In this document: one piece after another, positions 28,651-38,864 of the stretch
Position numbering within the stretch: the first letter of the stretch is position 1
Layout: each line of letters starts with the position of its first letter
From: Gemmatimonadota bacterium
Lineage (GTDB): Bacteria; Gemmatimonadota; Gemmatimonadetes; Gemmatimonadales; GWC2-71-9
DNA: 64,000 nt
NCBI GenBank assembly: GCA_003222055.1
Contig: QHUT01000060.1
Location: forward strand, 9,662 to 73,661
Direction of reading: 5' to 3'
Made by a program: the position numbers and the translations under genes
Notes under the pieces: generated by a model
What the model was told of the DNA's origin: nothing
The model's database searches: none
What the model saw: the letters and a program-made list of their open reading frames with translations, nothing else

Positions 28651-31461
28651 TTATCCCTTGGCATCGACCCAATTCATTCCAACGCCGACGGTTACGACGA
28701 GTGGCACGCGCAGATCGGCGGCGCTCTCCATATGGCGTTTTACCAGCTCAGTGGCGATTGCCGCCTCCTCGGCTGGCACCTCAAGTACAAGCTCATCATG
28801 CACTTGTAGGATCATGCGGGACGCGAGACCACCCTGTTTTAGAGCGGCCGCGATGCGGACCATGGCGATCTTGATCAAGTCCGCCGCCGATCCCTGTAGC
28901 GGAGAATTGGTGGCCGTGCGCTCGCCGAACGCCCGGATGTTGTAGTTGCGATCCTTGAGCTCCGGAACGTAGCGGCGTCTTCCGAACAGTGTCTCGACAT
29001 AGCCCTTCTCGCGGGCCTCCACCACGGTGCGGTCGAGCCAGGTACGCACGCCGGCGAAGCGCGTGAAGTACTCTTGAATGAAGGCGCGCGCTTCCTCCTG
29101 GGTGATGCCCAGCTGGCGGGCGAGCGCGAACGGTCCCTGCCCGTAGATGGTGCCGAAGTTGATCGTCTTGGCGCGCGCCCGCATCTCGGGTGTCACCTGC
29201 CCTTGCGGCACGCCGAAGATGATCGCCGCGGTCTGACGATGGATGTCACCGCCTTGTTCGAAGGCCTGGACGAAGGCCGGGTCGCCCGAGAGGTGGGCGA
29301 GCAAGCGCAGCTCGATCTGGGAGTAGTCGGCCGTGAGGAGGAGCGAGCCCGGGGGTGCGACGAACGCGCGCCGGATGGCCTCGCCGCGCTGGGTGCGCAC
29401 GGGGATGTTCTGGAGGTTCGGGTCCGAGGACGACAGCCGTCCCGTTGCGGCGCCGGTCTGGTTGAAGCTCGTGTGGATGCGCCCGGTGCTCGGATTGATG
29501 AAGCCGGGCAGCGCGTCCACGTAGGTGGATTTCAGCTTGGAGAGCTCGCGGTACTCGATCAGCAGCCGGGGCACGTCGTGTCCCGCGGCCGCGAGCTGCT
29601 CCAGGACCTCGTAGTCGGTCGAGGGACCGGTCTTGGTCTTCTTCAGCACGGGGAGCTGGATCTTTTCGAACAGGACGTGGCGCAGCTGAGGCGTGGAGTT
29701 GATGTTGAACTCGGTGCCCGCTGCGCGGTAGATCGATTGCTCGAGCTCCGCGAGCTCACGGGTGAAGCTGCGGGAAATCTCGCCCAGGCGTGCGACGTCG
29801 ATCCGCACCCCACGCCACTCCATATCCACCAGCACGGGGAGGAGCGGCAACTCGATCGTCTCGAGCAGCCGGATGAGCTGGTGATCCTCGAGCTCCGGTT
29901 GGAACGCCGCGCGCAGCCGCAGCACCGTCTCGCTGTCGGCGGCGCAGTAGCGCGCCGCGTCCACCAACGGCACCGCCGCGAACGGCCGTTCTGCCTTGCC
30001 CCGCCCCACGAGCTCCGGGTAGGTCCGCATGACGAGCGACAGGCGGTCGCGGGCCAGGTCGTCGATCGCGTGCGAGCGCCGCCCGGGGTCGAGGACGAAG
30101 CTCGCGAGCATGGAATCGTAGGCGACGCCCGCGAGCTCCACTCCCGCGCGACGCAGCACCAGCGCGTCGTACTTCACGTTGTGTCCGGCCTTGGGCACGC
30201 GAGGGTCGCTCAGCAACTCGCGGAGGGGGGCGAGGCCCGCGCTCGCGAGCGGCGGCAGGTTGCGCGGCGGCGTTCCGCCGGCCAGCTCACCGTCGGGCGC
30301 GACATGCGCGAACGGGAGGTACCAGGAGCGTCCCGGCGCGACCGCCAGTGACATCCCCACCAGGTCGGCGCGCATCGCGTCGAGCGACGTGGTCTCGGTG
30401 TCGAGCGCGACGAGCGGCGCGCCGCGGCACTCCGCCACGACGGCCGCGACGAGCGCCGGATCGTCCACGATCGCGGGCTCCGCAGGCGCCACCGTGAGGG
30501 TCGCGGGCGCCGGGGGTGCCGCGACGGCGGGCGCCCGCTGGGCTGGCGGAGCGGGATCCCCGGCGCCCGCAACGTCCAATGACGAGAGCTTCGGGATCAG
30601 CGACCGGAACTCGAGCTCCGTGAAGAGCTCCGTGAGCCGCGCGACATCGGGAGCGCGGACCCGCAGCGCCTCGAACTCGAGCGGCAGCGGGACGTCGCGA
30701 CGGATGGTCACCAGCTCGCGCGACAGACGGGCGAGCTCCGCGTGCTGCTGCACCGCCTCGCGTGCCCGTTTGCCGGAGATCCGCTCGGCGCCGGCCAGAA
30801 TGGCGTCGAGATCGCCGAACGTCTTCAGCAGCTCCAGGGCGGTCTTTTCGCCGACGCCCTTCACCCCGGGGACGTTGTCCGACGTGTCCCCCACAAGCGC
30901 GAGGTAGTCCACCACGCGCTCGGGGGGGACGCCCAACCGCTCAGCGGCGTTCGCCTGATCCACCCAATGCTCCTCGACGGCTGCCGGACCGCCTCGTCCG
31001 GGATTGAGGAGCGCGATACGCGGCGCGATGAGCTGGTAAAAGTCCTTGTCGCCGGACACGATCACCACCTGCAGGTCGCGGGCGCTCGCGGCGGTCGCGA
31101 GCGTGCCGATCACGTCGTCCGCCTCGAAGCCTTCGACCCCCACGACCGGGACGCGGAACGCCTCGAGAATCTGCTCGATCCGCTCCACCGAGCGGTCGAA
31201 GTCCTGCTGCAGCTCGGCGGTGAGCTTTTCGCGCGTGGCCTTGTACGCCGGATAGGTCCGGTGCCGGAACGATTCCCCGACGTCGTGCACCCAGGCGAGA
31301 TAGTCGGGACGCCGGCGCTCGAGCAGGCGCAATAGGAAGTTGGTGACGCCCCAGGCGGCCGAGGTGTTCTCGCCGCGGCGCGTGGTGAGCGGCCGCGCGA
31401 TCATCGCGAAGAACGCGCGGTAGATGAGGGCGTACCCGTCGACGAGATAGAGCGTCGGCAT
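28651..31461 (-). CDS. polA: DNA polymerase I
   Basis: 936 aa with a 5'-nuclease N-terminus (MPTLYLVDGYALIYRAFFA), a 3'-5' exo-like domain and pol motifs (QVHDELVLEV). Confidence 0.97.
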   Translation of the reverse strand: MPTLYLVDGYALIYRAFFAMIARPLTTRRGENTSAAWGVTNFLLRLLERRRPDYLAWVHDVGESFRHRTYPAYKATREKLTAELQQDFDRSVERIEQILEAFRVPVVGVEGFEADDVIGTLATAASARDLQVVIVSGDKDFYQLIAPRIALLNPGRGGPAAVEEHWVDQANAAERLGVPPERVVDYLALVGDTSDNVPGVKGVGEKTALELLKTFGDLDAILAGAERISGKRAREAVQQHAELARLSRELVTIRRDVPLPLEFEALRVRAPDVARLTELFTELEFRSLIPKLSSLDVAGAGDPAPPAQRAPAVAAPPAPATLTVAPAEPAIVDDPALVAAVVAECRGAPLVALDTETTSLDAMRADLVGMSLAVAPGRSWYLPFAHVAPDGELAGGTPPRNLPPLASAGLAPLRELLSDPRVPKAGHNVKYDALVLRRAGVELAGVAYDSMLASFVLDPGRRSHAIDDLARDRLSLVMRTYPELVGRGKAERPFAAVPLVDAARYCAADSETVLRLRAAFQPELEDHQLIRLLETIELPLLPVLVDMEWRGVRIDVARLGEISRSFTRELAELEQSIYRAAGTEFNINSTPQLRHVLFEKIQLPVLKKTKTGPSTDYEVLEQLAAAGHDVPRLLIEYRELSKLKSTYVDALPGFINPSTGRIHTSFNQTGAATGRLSSSDPNLQNIPVRTQRGEAIRRAFVAPPGSLLLTADYSQIELRLLAHLSGDPAFVQAFEQGGDIHRQTAAIIFGVPQGQVTPEMRARAKTINFGTIYGQGPFALARQLGITQEEARAFIQEYFTRFAGVRTWLDRTVVEAREKGYVETLFGRRRYVPELKDRNYNIRAFGERTATNSPLQGSAADLIKIAMVRIAAALKQGGLASRMILQVHDELVLEVPAEEAAIATELVKRHMESAADLRVPLVVTVGVGMNWVDAKG

Positions 31462-31494
31462 GGGGCGAAGAATAACGCGGCGGGAAGCTCGCGA

Positions 31495-31531
31495 GAAACA
31501 AAAACCCCGCCCGGCGAGCGCGCGGGCGGGG
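31495..31531 (-). terminator. Rho-independent terminator downstream of cspA
   Basis: On the minus strand, CCCCGCCCG-N9-CGGGCGGGG (9-bp GC stem) is followed by TTTTTGTTTCTC. Confidence 0.7.
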
Positions 31532-31557
31532 GTGACGCCGAATGGCGCGGAGGCCGA

Positions 31558-31758
31558 CTAGACGCGAACCACGTTCGCGGCGTGCAACCCTTTGTCGCCA
31601 GCCTTCACCTCGAACTCCACCACTTGCCCTTCAGCGAGCGTCTTGAAGCCGTCCATCTGGATGGCCGAGAAGTGCACGAACACATCCTCGCCGCCCTCCT
31701 GTTCAATGAAGCCGTAGCCCTTGGCATCATTGAACCACTTCACCTTTCCCTTAGCCAT
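31558..31758 (-). CDS. cspA: Cold-shock protein (CspA family)
   Basis: [31 protein letters not shown] carries RNP1 and RNP2. An AGGAGG Shine-Dalgarno sequence lies upstream. The leader after the slt stop is long, about 150 nt. Confidence 0.95.
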   Translation of the reverse strand: MAKGKVKWFNDAKGYGFIEQEGGEDVFVHFSAIQMDGFKTLAEGQVVEFEVKAGDKGLHAANVVRV

Positions 31759-31911
31759 TCGTTCTGCCTCCTGCGGAGTCATCCTTTTCCCTTGGGGCGC
31801 TGTGGCACCCGGCCCGGCACCGATGTCGGGCGCGCTATGAAATGACGCGCTACGGAAACGTTGTCAAGCAACCCGACGGCAGCGCGGGCGAGGTCGCTAA
31901 GTCTCAGGCCG

Positions 31912-34152
31912 TCAATTGGTTGGGACGACGTACAGGGCGCGATACAGCTCGCGATTGCGCAGCACCGAACGAACGTAGCCGCGCGTCTCCTGGTACGGAA
32001 TCGATTCGATGAACTGGTCGGGGTCCTCGGCTCCCGGACGCGCGAGCCACCGCATCACCGGCGTGGTGCCCGCGTTGTACGCGGCCACGGCTGCGTCGAC
32101 CCGACCGGCAAAGCGCTCCAGCAGCTCCTGCAGGTGCGCCGCGCCGAGGTGGAGATTCAAGTCGGGGACGGTGATCCACTCCGGATAGAACGTCACGTCG
32201 AGCCCGCGCGCCGTGAGCGCCGCCGTGCCGGGAAGCAGCTGCGCGAGCCCCCGGGCGCCGGCGGGCGAGAGCGCCTCGGCATCGAACACGCTCTCCTGGC
32301 GCACGATCGCGACGAGCAGCAGTGGGTCGACGCGGAACTCCGCCGCCTCGGCCTCGACGGCGCGGCGGTTCGGCCACGGAAAGATGGCGCGCAGGACGCG
32401 TGGGTCGTTGGGTGCCTTGAGCGCGGCCTGCCATCCGAGCCGCACGGCCGCCGGCCCGAACCCGCGGCGCGCGAGCCCGTCACTCCACGCCAGCAGGGCG
32501 TCGAGCTCCTGCTGCGGCGCCCGCCCGAGGATGGTGCGGACCTCGGCCTGCGCCGCCGTGTCGAGGCCGGCGAGCAGCAGCGTGTCGACGCGGCCGAGCG
32601 CGGCCGCGATCGCGGCGGAGGGCGCGGGCGCCGGCGCCGGCGCCGGTGCGAAACGCAGCGGCGGCAGGTCGACCTCGCGCCGGGCGCGCAGGCCGTAATA
32701 ACCGATCGAATCCTCGCGCGCGAGCGTGAGCCAGGCGGTGCGCGCGCCGGCGGTGTCACCGGACAGGAGGGCGAGCTTGCCGAGCCAGAACCGCGCGCTC
32801 ATACGCTGCGGGGCCCCCGCCGCGACCTCGGCCCGGAACAACGCGCTGGCGCTGTCCCGCAGGCTGTCGCGCAACGCCTGCGCGGCGAGGCGGTAGCGGG
32901 CCAGCGACGCACGCAGGTCCGCAGGATAGCGGGCGATCAGCTCGTCGAACCAGCGCGCGGCCCCTGCCCAGTCGCCCCGGTCGGCGAACATGTCGCCCAG
33001 CACGTACAGGGCGGTGGGCGCCGCGGTATCGGCCGGGAACGACTGCGCGAAGCCGGACAGCGCCTGGGGTGCCCCGGCGTCGCCGATCCGCGCGAGGATG
33101 CGCGCGCGGCGGTAGATCGCGAGCGCCCCGAGAGCGGAGTCGCGGGCGGCGGCGCGATACGCCCGTTCCGCGTCGCGGTAGCGGCCCGCGCCGGCCAAGA
33201 GCTCGCCTGCGAGCACCAGCGTGGCGGCGCTCGAATCACCCTGGCGGAGCGCGCGCTCGACCTCGAGCCGGGCATCGGCGGCCCCGCCGTGCGACTTCAT
33301 GGCGCGCGCGACCGCGACATACTCGGGAGGCGTGCGCGGCGCCAGCCCGGCGAGCGCCACGCCGACTGCGGCTGCGGCGTCGTCCGACTCGGGCGCCCGC
33401 GCCATCAGCGCGTACAGGGCGTCGCGCGCGCGAGTCGAGTCGCCCAACGCCCGGGCGAGCCGCGCCACGTCCAGTGAGCGACCCGCTTGGGCCAAGGCCT
33501 CGAGCGCGGCGGCGGAGTCACCCGCCGCGAGCAACGCCTGGGCCCGCGCCGCGCCGGCCTCGCGTGCTACGGGGGCCGGCAGGTCCGCGAGCAGCCGGAA
33601 CGCGGTGGCCGTGTCGCGCGTGACCCGCGCCTGCCGCACCCGCAGCCACGGGTCGATCGCCGACAGACCCGCCGCACGCGCCGCGGCGTACGCGGCTGCC
33701 GCCGAGTCGCGCTCCCCTGCCGCCTCCCACGCCAGCCCCTCACGCACGGCGAGTAATGCCGCGCGCACGCCGCCCGTGCGCGCGCGCGCCGCTGCGTAGT
33801 GCGCGGCGGCAGTGGGCAGCCCGAGCCGCGCCTCCGCCTCGGCGAGCACGGCGAGGGCCTCACCGTCGGCGTAGTCCTCCAGCCAGGGCTGCCCCATGAG
33901 CAGGCTGCGCGCGCGATCGTAGCGGCGGGCGTGCAGCTCGGCCTTGGCCCCTTCCACGATGAACGTGGCGTTAAGACGCGGTTCCCGCGCCGCGGCAGCC
34001 AGCAACGTCTCCGCCGCGTGCCACGGCCGGCCGGAGAGCCGCAGCGACTCGGCGCGCTGAGTGGCGAGGTCGGGATCGGTCTGCGCAGCCGCAGCGGGGG
34101 ACACGCAGAGCAGGACCGCGGCGCCGAGGACGAGGACCGCCCCCCGGGTCAC
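31912..34152 (-). CDS. slt: Soluble lytic murein transglycosylase (Slt70-like: superhelical repeat domain plus SLT domain)
   Basis: The GTG at 34152 forms a GTGA overlap with the upstream stop. A signal peptide and an Ala-rich helical repeat region precede a C-terminal SLT domain (VRQESVFDAEALSPAGARGLAQLLPGTA, AYNAG). Confidence 0.85.
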   Translation of the reverse strand: MTRGAVLVLGAAVLLCVSPAAAAQTDPDLATQRAESLRLSGRPWHAAETLLAAAAREPRLNATFIVEGAKAELHARRYDRARSLLMGQPWLEDYADGEALAVLAEAEARLGLPTAAAHYAAARARTGGVRAALLAVREGLAWEAAGERDSAAAAYAAARAAGLSAIDPWLRVRQARVTRDTATAFRLLADLPAPVAREAGAARAQALLAAGDSAAALEALAQAGRSLDVARLARALGDSTRARDALYALMARAPESDDAAAAVGVALAGLAPRTPPEYVAVARAMKSHGGAADARLEVERALRQGDSSAATLVLAGELLAGAGRYRDAERAYRAAARDSALGALAIYRRARILARIGDAGAPQALSGFAQSFPADTAAPTALYVLGDMFADRGDWAGAARWFDELIARYPADLRASLARYRLAAQALRDSLRDSASALFRAEVAAGAPQRMSARFWLGKLALLSGDTAGARTAWLTLAREDSIGYYGLRARREVDLPPLRFAPAPAPAPAPSAAIAAALGRVDTLLLAGLDTAAQAEVRTILGRAPQQELDALLAWSDGLARRGFGPAAVRLGWQAALKAPNDPRVLRAIFPWPNRRAVEAEAAEFRVDPLLLVAIVRQESVFDAEALSPAGARGLAQLLPGTAALTARGLDVTFYPEWITVPDLNLHLGAAHLQELLERFAGRVDAAVAAYNAGTTPVMRWLARPGAEDPDQFIESIPYQETRGYVRSVLRNRELYRALYVVPTN

Positions 34153-35504
34153 TGGCGGCGACGCACCTGCGCCGCGGCACGCTGGAATTCGGCCCGCGAC
34201 AGGGGTGTCAGACGGAAGCGGCCAAAGCCGTTCGGATCCTGAAAGAAGAGCGTCAAGCGTAGCGAGTTGTAGGTCCACCGGATGCCGCGCACGCCGGCGC
34301 GCGAGACATCCGTGCTGAAATCGAAAACGTCATCCGGCTCACCCAGCGTGACGTACACCTCGCCGCGGTCGGTGAGCCAGCCGGGGTCGCCCGATTCGCG
34401 AAACCGCTGGTTGGCAAACTGGACCCGCCGGAAATACGCCTCCAGCGCCTCGTTCTCCGGCGTCGCCTCGACCGGGTCGGTCGCCGTATAGAACTCGCGC
34501 CACACTGCGGGACGCTGCTCGGCCGGGGCCTGGCGCAGCTTATCCACCCAGTCCTGGCGCTCGAAGTAGCGCAGCAGGCTGATCATCTGGTCGTAATTGG
34601 TGATCGCCCATTGGTCCGAGAAGCTGACGAGGAAGGGCGTGGAGCGCGCCGCCGCGCCGGCGCCGACCGTGCTCACCTCGAATCGGCCCTGCCCCACGGG
34701 CAAGTCGCCCGGGCGCAGCACGGCGAGCGCGCTGGCGAAGGAGTCCGTCCCGGTCAGCGCCACCGTGTCGTGCCACACCTCGTGCCCGGTCTGATCGAGG
34801 GCGCGCGCGGCGAGGCGCGCCCCGCGGGGCATGCCGTACGCCTCCACGTAGAAGCGCATCGAGTCGGCGCCGTAGGAGAGCGCGGCGCGGGGGTTGGCGA
34901 GGAACTTGGGCACGTCGGCGAGCCTGGTCCGCCCGGGGCCCTGATACACGGCGAGCGGCTCGCTCATCCCCTGCCCTGCCAACCGCGGCACGGTGTCGGC
35001 GCGCTGGCCGTGCGCCACCGCCGGTGCGTTGCGGTCGCGGACGGTCACGTCGACGTGATAGATGCCGGGGCGCACGGCGATGAATTGCTGGTAGATCACG
35101 CTCTCGTCGGCTCGGACCGTCTCCTGCAGGGTGCGGACGCGCACCGTCTCGTCGGTGGCGAACTGTCGCGGAGTGCCGCTGTCGCCACGGAACGCCACTT
35201 CGACGTGATATTGAGCGGCGAAGCCACTGCCGTCGCGCTGGAAGGTGAGCGCGTGGTTGGCGAGCGACAGCGCGAACATCGCCAGGGTGGAGTCCGGCGC
35301 GGCATCGGCGAGGTAGCGCACGGTGGCAACGAACGGGAGCGAGGGACCGCCGACCAGGAGTCCCATGGATCCGTACACGCTGCCCGCGTCGAACAACGTG
35401 GGAGCATTTACACCGGGATCCGGGCGCACTCCCGTCCCCGGCCGCGGCACGGAGCTGCACGCCGCTGCGCCGCACAGGAGAACTGCCACCACCGCTGGTC
35501 TCAC
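34149..35504 (-). CDS. GWxTD domain-containing lipoprotein
   Basis: 451 aa with the lipobox LLCGAAAC and the C-terminal motif GWLTDRGEVYVTLGEPD. Confidence 0.8.
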   Translation of the reverse strand: MRPAVVAVLLCGAAACSSVPRPGTGVRPDPGVNAPTLFDAGSVYGSMGLLVGGPSLPFVATVRYLADAAPDSTLAMFALSLANHALTFQRDGSGFAAQYHVEVAFRGDSGTPRQFATDETVRVRTLQETVRADESVIYQQFIAVRPGIYHVDVTVRDRNAPAVAHGQRADTVPRLAGQGMSEPLAVYQGPGRTRLADVPKFLANPRAALSYGADSMRFYVEAYGMPRGARLAARALDQTGHEVWHDTVALTGTDSFASALAVLRPGDLPVGQGRFEVSTVGAGAAARSTPFLVSFSDQWAITNYDQMISLLRYFERQDWVDKLRQAPAEQRPAVWREFYTATDPVEATPENEALEAYFRRVQFANQRFRESGDPGWLTDRGEVYVTLGEPDDVFDFSTDVSRAGVRGIRWTYNSLRLTLFFQDPNGFGRFRLTPLSRAEFQRAAAQVRRRQ

Positions 35505-35545
35505 TTGCTCAACCTCAAATCCGAGCGTTAGTTTCGCGCGTTCCC

Positions 35546-36463
35546 ATGCCCAGCGAGAACCTCGCCGGTCGAACCATCGCCGGCTACCGCCTCCTCGAGC
35601 GCGTCGGCGAGGGAGGCACCGCCGAAGTGTACCGCGCCGAGCACCCCGAGCGCGGGGCCTGTGCGTTCAAGGTATTGCGGTCGCGGCTCGCGAGCGACCC
35701 CACGGTGGTCAAGCGCTTCCTGCGCGAGGCGGGGTATGGCTCGCGCGTGCAGCACCCGGGGGTGGTCCGCACCTACGACTACGGGGAAGCGGACGGCCTG
35801 TATTACCTCGCCCTCGAGTGGGCCGACGGCAAGTCGCTGGCGGACTACGTACACCGCGCGGGTCCGCTGGCTCCGCCGTTGGTCGCCGGCGTGGTGCGGC
35901 AACTGGCCGCCGCGCTGATGGCGGCACACCAGGCGGGGATCATCCATCGAGACTTGAAGCCCGAGAACATCGTATACGACGCCGGGCGGCAGGCGGTGAA
36001 GCTGCTCGACTTCGGCATCGCCCGGGACGCCGAGCTGCCGCCGGAGGAGCGGCTCACGCGCACCGGGTTTTTCGTCGGGACGCTCAAGTACGTCGCACCG
36101 GAAGCCCTGTCGGGCGAGCTGGTGGACGGGCGGGCGGACATTTACAGCCTCGCGACGATCACCTATTGGCTCCTGACGGGCCAGCACCCCCACACGGGGC
36201 GTACGCCGCGGGAGTTGTTCCAGCAGCTGCTGACCCAGCCGCCCCTGCCCTTGAGCCAGGCGGCGCCGGACAGGCGCTTCCCGCCGGGCCTCGAGGCGGC
36301 CGTGATGCGCGGCCTGGAGCGCGATCCCGCGAGGCGGCAGCCCACGGTGGCGGCGTTCGCCGACGACGTGACGGCGGGCATCGCGGGGGGCTCGCCGGGA
36401 TCCGCTCCCAAGGTCGGCTTGCTCGACGCACTCAAGCGTGCGGTCAGGCGTGACCCACGTTAG
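35546..36463 (+). CDS. Ser/Thr protein kinase (kinase domain only)
   Basis: GEGGTAEVY, AFKVL, HRDLKPENI, DFGIA and VAPEAL are all present. I saw no TM segment or sensor domain. Confidence 0.88.
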   Translation: MPSENLAGRTIAGYRLLERVGEGGTAEVYRAEHPERGACAFKVLRSRLASDPTVVKRFLREAGYGSRVQHPGVVRTYDYGEADGLYYLALEWADGKSLADYVHRAGPLAPPLVAGVVRQLAAALMAAHQAGIIHRDLKPENIVYDAGRQAVKLLDFGIARDAELPPEERLTRTGFFVGTLKYVAPEALSGELVDGRADIYSLATITYWLLTGQHPHTGRTPRELFQQLLTQPPLPLSQAAPDRRFPPGLEAAVMRGLERDPARRQPTVAAFADDVTAGIAGGSPGSAPKVGLLDALKRAVRRDPR

Positions 36464-36486
36464 TAGTAGCATATACTACTACTAAC
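36459..36486. repeat. Perfect AT-rich palindrome GTTAGTAGTAG-catata-CTACTACTAAC
   Basis: It has 11-bp perfect arms and a 6-nt loop. It contains the kinase stop as the first of three in-frame TAG codons, and it lies 7 nt before the pyrE ATG. Confidence 0.9.
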
Positions 36487-36492
36487 ACCCTC

Positions 36493-37053
36493 ATGACCAA
36501 GACTGGAGACCTCCAGCGGCGCCTCCGCGAACTCCTGCGGGAGCGATCGGTCGCGCACGGCGACTTCATGCTCGCGTCTGGGCGCCGATCCAGTTTCTAC
36601 ATCGATGCGCGTCGCACCACCATGTCGGGCGAAGGCTTCGCCCTCATCGGCGCCCTGGGGCTCGAGCGCCTCGACGCCCGGGGCTGGGCGCCCGCCCTGG
36701 TCGGGGGCCTCACCCTCGGCGCCGATCCCGTGGCCTACGCCATCGTCGCTGCCGCGCACGCCCGGGGCCGACCGCTCGACGCCTTCACCGTCCGCAAACA
36801 AGCGAAAGCTCACGGGACCGGACAGCGCATCGAAGGGTGTTTCACGCCCGGAGCCGCCGTCGTCGTCGTCGAAGACGTGATCACCACGGGCCACTCGGCG
36901 GCGGACGCGATCGCCGCCGTCGCCGCGGCGGGGGGCCGCGTGCTGGGCGTCCTCGCCGTGGTGGACCGGGAGGAGGGGGGCCGGGCGGCGCTGGAGCAGG
37001 CCGGCCATGCCGTCGAAGTCCTCGTCACTGCCATGGACCTGGGCGTGCGATGA
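36493..37053 (+). CDS. pyrE: Orotate phosphoribosyltransferase
   Basis: 186 aa with the PRPP-binding loop [13 protein letters not shown]. The sequence is OPRTase-like overall. Confidence 0.92.
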   Translation: MTKTGDLQRRLRELLRERSVAHGDFMLASGRRSSFYIDARRTTMSGEGFALIGALGLERLDARGWAPALVGGLTLGADPVAYAIVAAAHARGRPLDAFTVRKQAKAHGTGQRIEGCFTPGAAVVVVEDVITTGHSAADAIAAVAAAGGRVLGVLAVVDREEGGRAALEQAGHAVEVLVTAMDLGVR

Positions 37054-37087
37054 CCGCGTCCGGCTTGTGGCGGAGCAGGCCGGGTGT

Positions 37088-38842
37088 ATGATGCTCATCG
37101 ATGTGCGCGATTATACGGCAGGAGGGGCTGACCAGGTGACCGTCCAAGCGGGCGCGGGGGAGCGGGCGTCACTGGCGTCGAAGATTCGCGGCTGGAAAGA
37201 CGACGCTACGGGTCTCGAGCAGCGCCTCAAGGATCTCGAGACCATTGCGCGCAGCCTGCGCCGCCGCTGGTGGCTCGTGGGCACTGGCCTCGTCCTCGGT
37301 CTGATCGGGTGGGCGGTCGGAGCGGTCCGGACGCGACCCGGGACGATGGTCCTCGTGGCGGGCGCCGGTCTGATTCTCAACGCCCTGCTCGGGATGATCA
37401 ACGAGCGCGGCTGGTACCGCTGGTGGCTGATCTACGCGCTCGCGCTGCTCGACGTCGGCCTGGTCGCCGTTCTGATCGTCTGGTTCGGCCACGGCGGCTT
37501 CGTGGTCGCCTTCCTCATCGCGGTGCTGCCGTACGCCTTCGATCAAGGGCATACGGTGGGGAACTTCCTCGTCCTCACGGCCGCACTGGCGTACCTTGGC
37601 GCCGTTCAGACACACTACGCGCTGTACGGCGGCGAGGCCGCGCTGGCCACGGCGCCGGTGCTCGAAACAGTCACGTTGATGGTCGTGGCGATGACGCTGA
37701 AGGAGATCCCGGCCACGTTGATCCAGCGCATTCGCCGCACGCGCAGCATCATGGGAGAGGCCGAGCACGGGCTGCTCGCCGTGCGCGCGGCGGCGCAGGA
37801 GTCCGACGAACTGGGTTTCCTGGAGAGGAGCTTCAACAAGATGATCGAGGAGATCGGGGGCACGATCTCCACGGTGCAGCGTGAAGCGGACGAGGTGGCG
37901 GCGTTCGCGGAAGAGCTGGCGGCATCGGCAGAGGAGCTGCACGCGACATCGGAGACGGTGACCCACACGGCCCAACGGCTCGCGGGGGACTTGGGCAAGC
38001 AGCGCGACATGGCCGAGGGTGCGCGAGGCGAGAGTGCCAAGGCCGCCGACCAGGCCGAGGCGCTGCGCGTGCGGGCGGAGCTGATGCAGGTGGATGCCGC
38101 GCGCCTGGTGGCGGCGGCGGAGCGGGGCCGGGAGCGCGTGGCCCGGGCCAGCCAGACGCTGCGCACGGTGGGGGAGGAAGTGCGCGCCACGGCGTCGACG
38201 GTGGCGGGCCTGTCGGGGATGTCCGAGCGGATCGGCGTGTTCGCGCAGACCATCGCGCGGATCGCGCGCCAGACGCATCTACTCGCGCTCAACGCCGCCA
38301 TCGAGGCGGCGCGGGCCGAGGAGCACGGGGAAGGATTCGCCGTGGTGGCGGACGAGGTGCGTGCCCTCGCGGCGGAGGCGGGGAAGTCAGCGCGCGAGGT
38401 GGCCGAGCTCGTCTCCGAGCTGCGTGCCGGCATCGACGCCGCGGCGCGGGCCATGCAATCGGGGGAGGCGAAGGTGCGCGACATCGGGGCCGTCGCGGCC
38501 GAGGCGGACAGCGCCCTCCAGGAGCTGCACCAGGGCATCGAGCTGGTGGGTGATCTGGTTAACGCGACGGCGGAGGTGTCGCGCAGCCAGGCGCAGCGCC
38601 TGGCGCAGCTGGCGCAGTCGCTGCAGGAGGTCGCGGCCATCTCCAGCGCCTCGTCGCAGAGCGCCGACGGGGCCGCCGCCGCGACGCAGGCCGAGATCAC
38701 GTCGATGGGCGACTTGACGGCGACGTCTCAGCAGCTGGCACAGCTGGCGGAGCGGCTGCGCGCGAGCATCGCGCGGTTCTCGGTGCTCAGCCGTGAGCAG
38801 CCGACCCCGGAGCGCCCGGTGCGACGCGCCGCCGCGGACTGA
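37088..38842 (+). CDS. Methyl-accepting chemotaxis protein with multi-TM N-terminal domain and HAMP
   Basis: Start is at the ATG at 37088 (MMLIDV...). About 6 predicted TM helices and a HAMP-like linker precede the conserved signalling hairpin [38 protein letters not shown]. Confidence 0.88.
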   Translation: MMLIDVRDYTAGGADQVTVQAGAGERASLASKIRGWKDDATGLEQRLKDLETIARSLRRRWWLVGTGLVLGLIGWAVGAVRTRPGTMVLVAGAGLILNALLGMINERGWYRWWLIYALALLDVGLVAVLIVWFGHGGFVVAFLIAVLPYAFDQGHTVGNFLVLTAALAYLGAVQTHYALYGGEAALATAPVLETVTLMVVAMTLKEIPATLIQRIRRTRSIMGEAEHGLLAVRAAAQESDELGFLERSFNKMIEEIGGTISTVQREADEVAAFAEELAASAEELHATSETVTHTAQRLAGDLGKQRDMAEGARGESAKAADQAEALRVRAELMQVDAARLVAAAERGRERVARASQTLRTVGEEVRATASTVAGLSGMSERIGVFAQTIARIARQTHLLALNAAIEAARAEEHGEGFAVVADEVRALAAEAGKSAREVAELVSELRAGIDAAARAMQSGEAKVRDIGAVAAEADSALQELHQGIELVGDLVNATAEVSRSQAQRLAQLAQSLQEVAAISSASSQSADGAAAATQAEITSMGDLTATSQQLAQLAERLRASIARFSVLSREQPTPERPVRRAAAD

Positions 38843-38863
38843 CCCCGGGGCGCCGCCCCGGGG
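38843..38863. terminator. GC hairpin between the convergent MCP and AraC genes
   Basis: CCCCGGGGC-gcc-GCCCCGGGG forms a 9-bp stem. There is no clear U-tract. Confidence 0.35.
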
Positions 38864-38864
38864 T

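Noticed and set aside
36459-36486. Whether the AT-rich TAG/CTA palindromes here and at 50384..50440 are engineered or foreign insertions or a prophage att site.
   Set aside because: No integrase, tRNA or flanking direct repeats are present. One copy sits in the expected oriC position. A native regulatory or structural role is more parsimonious.
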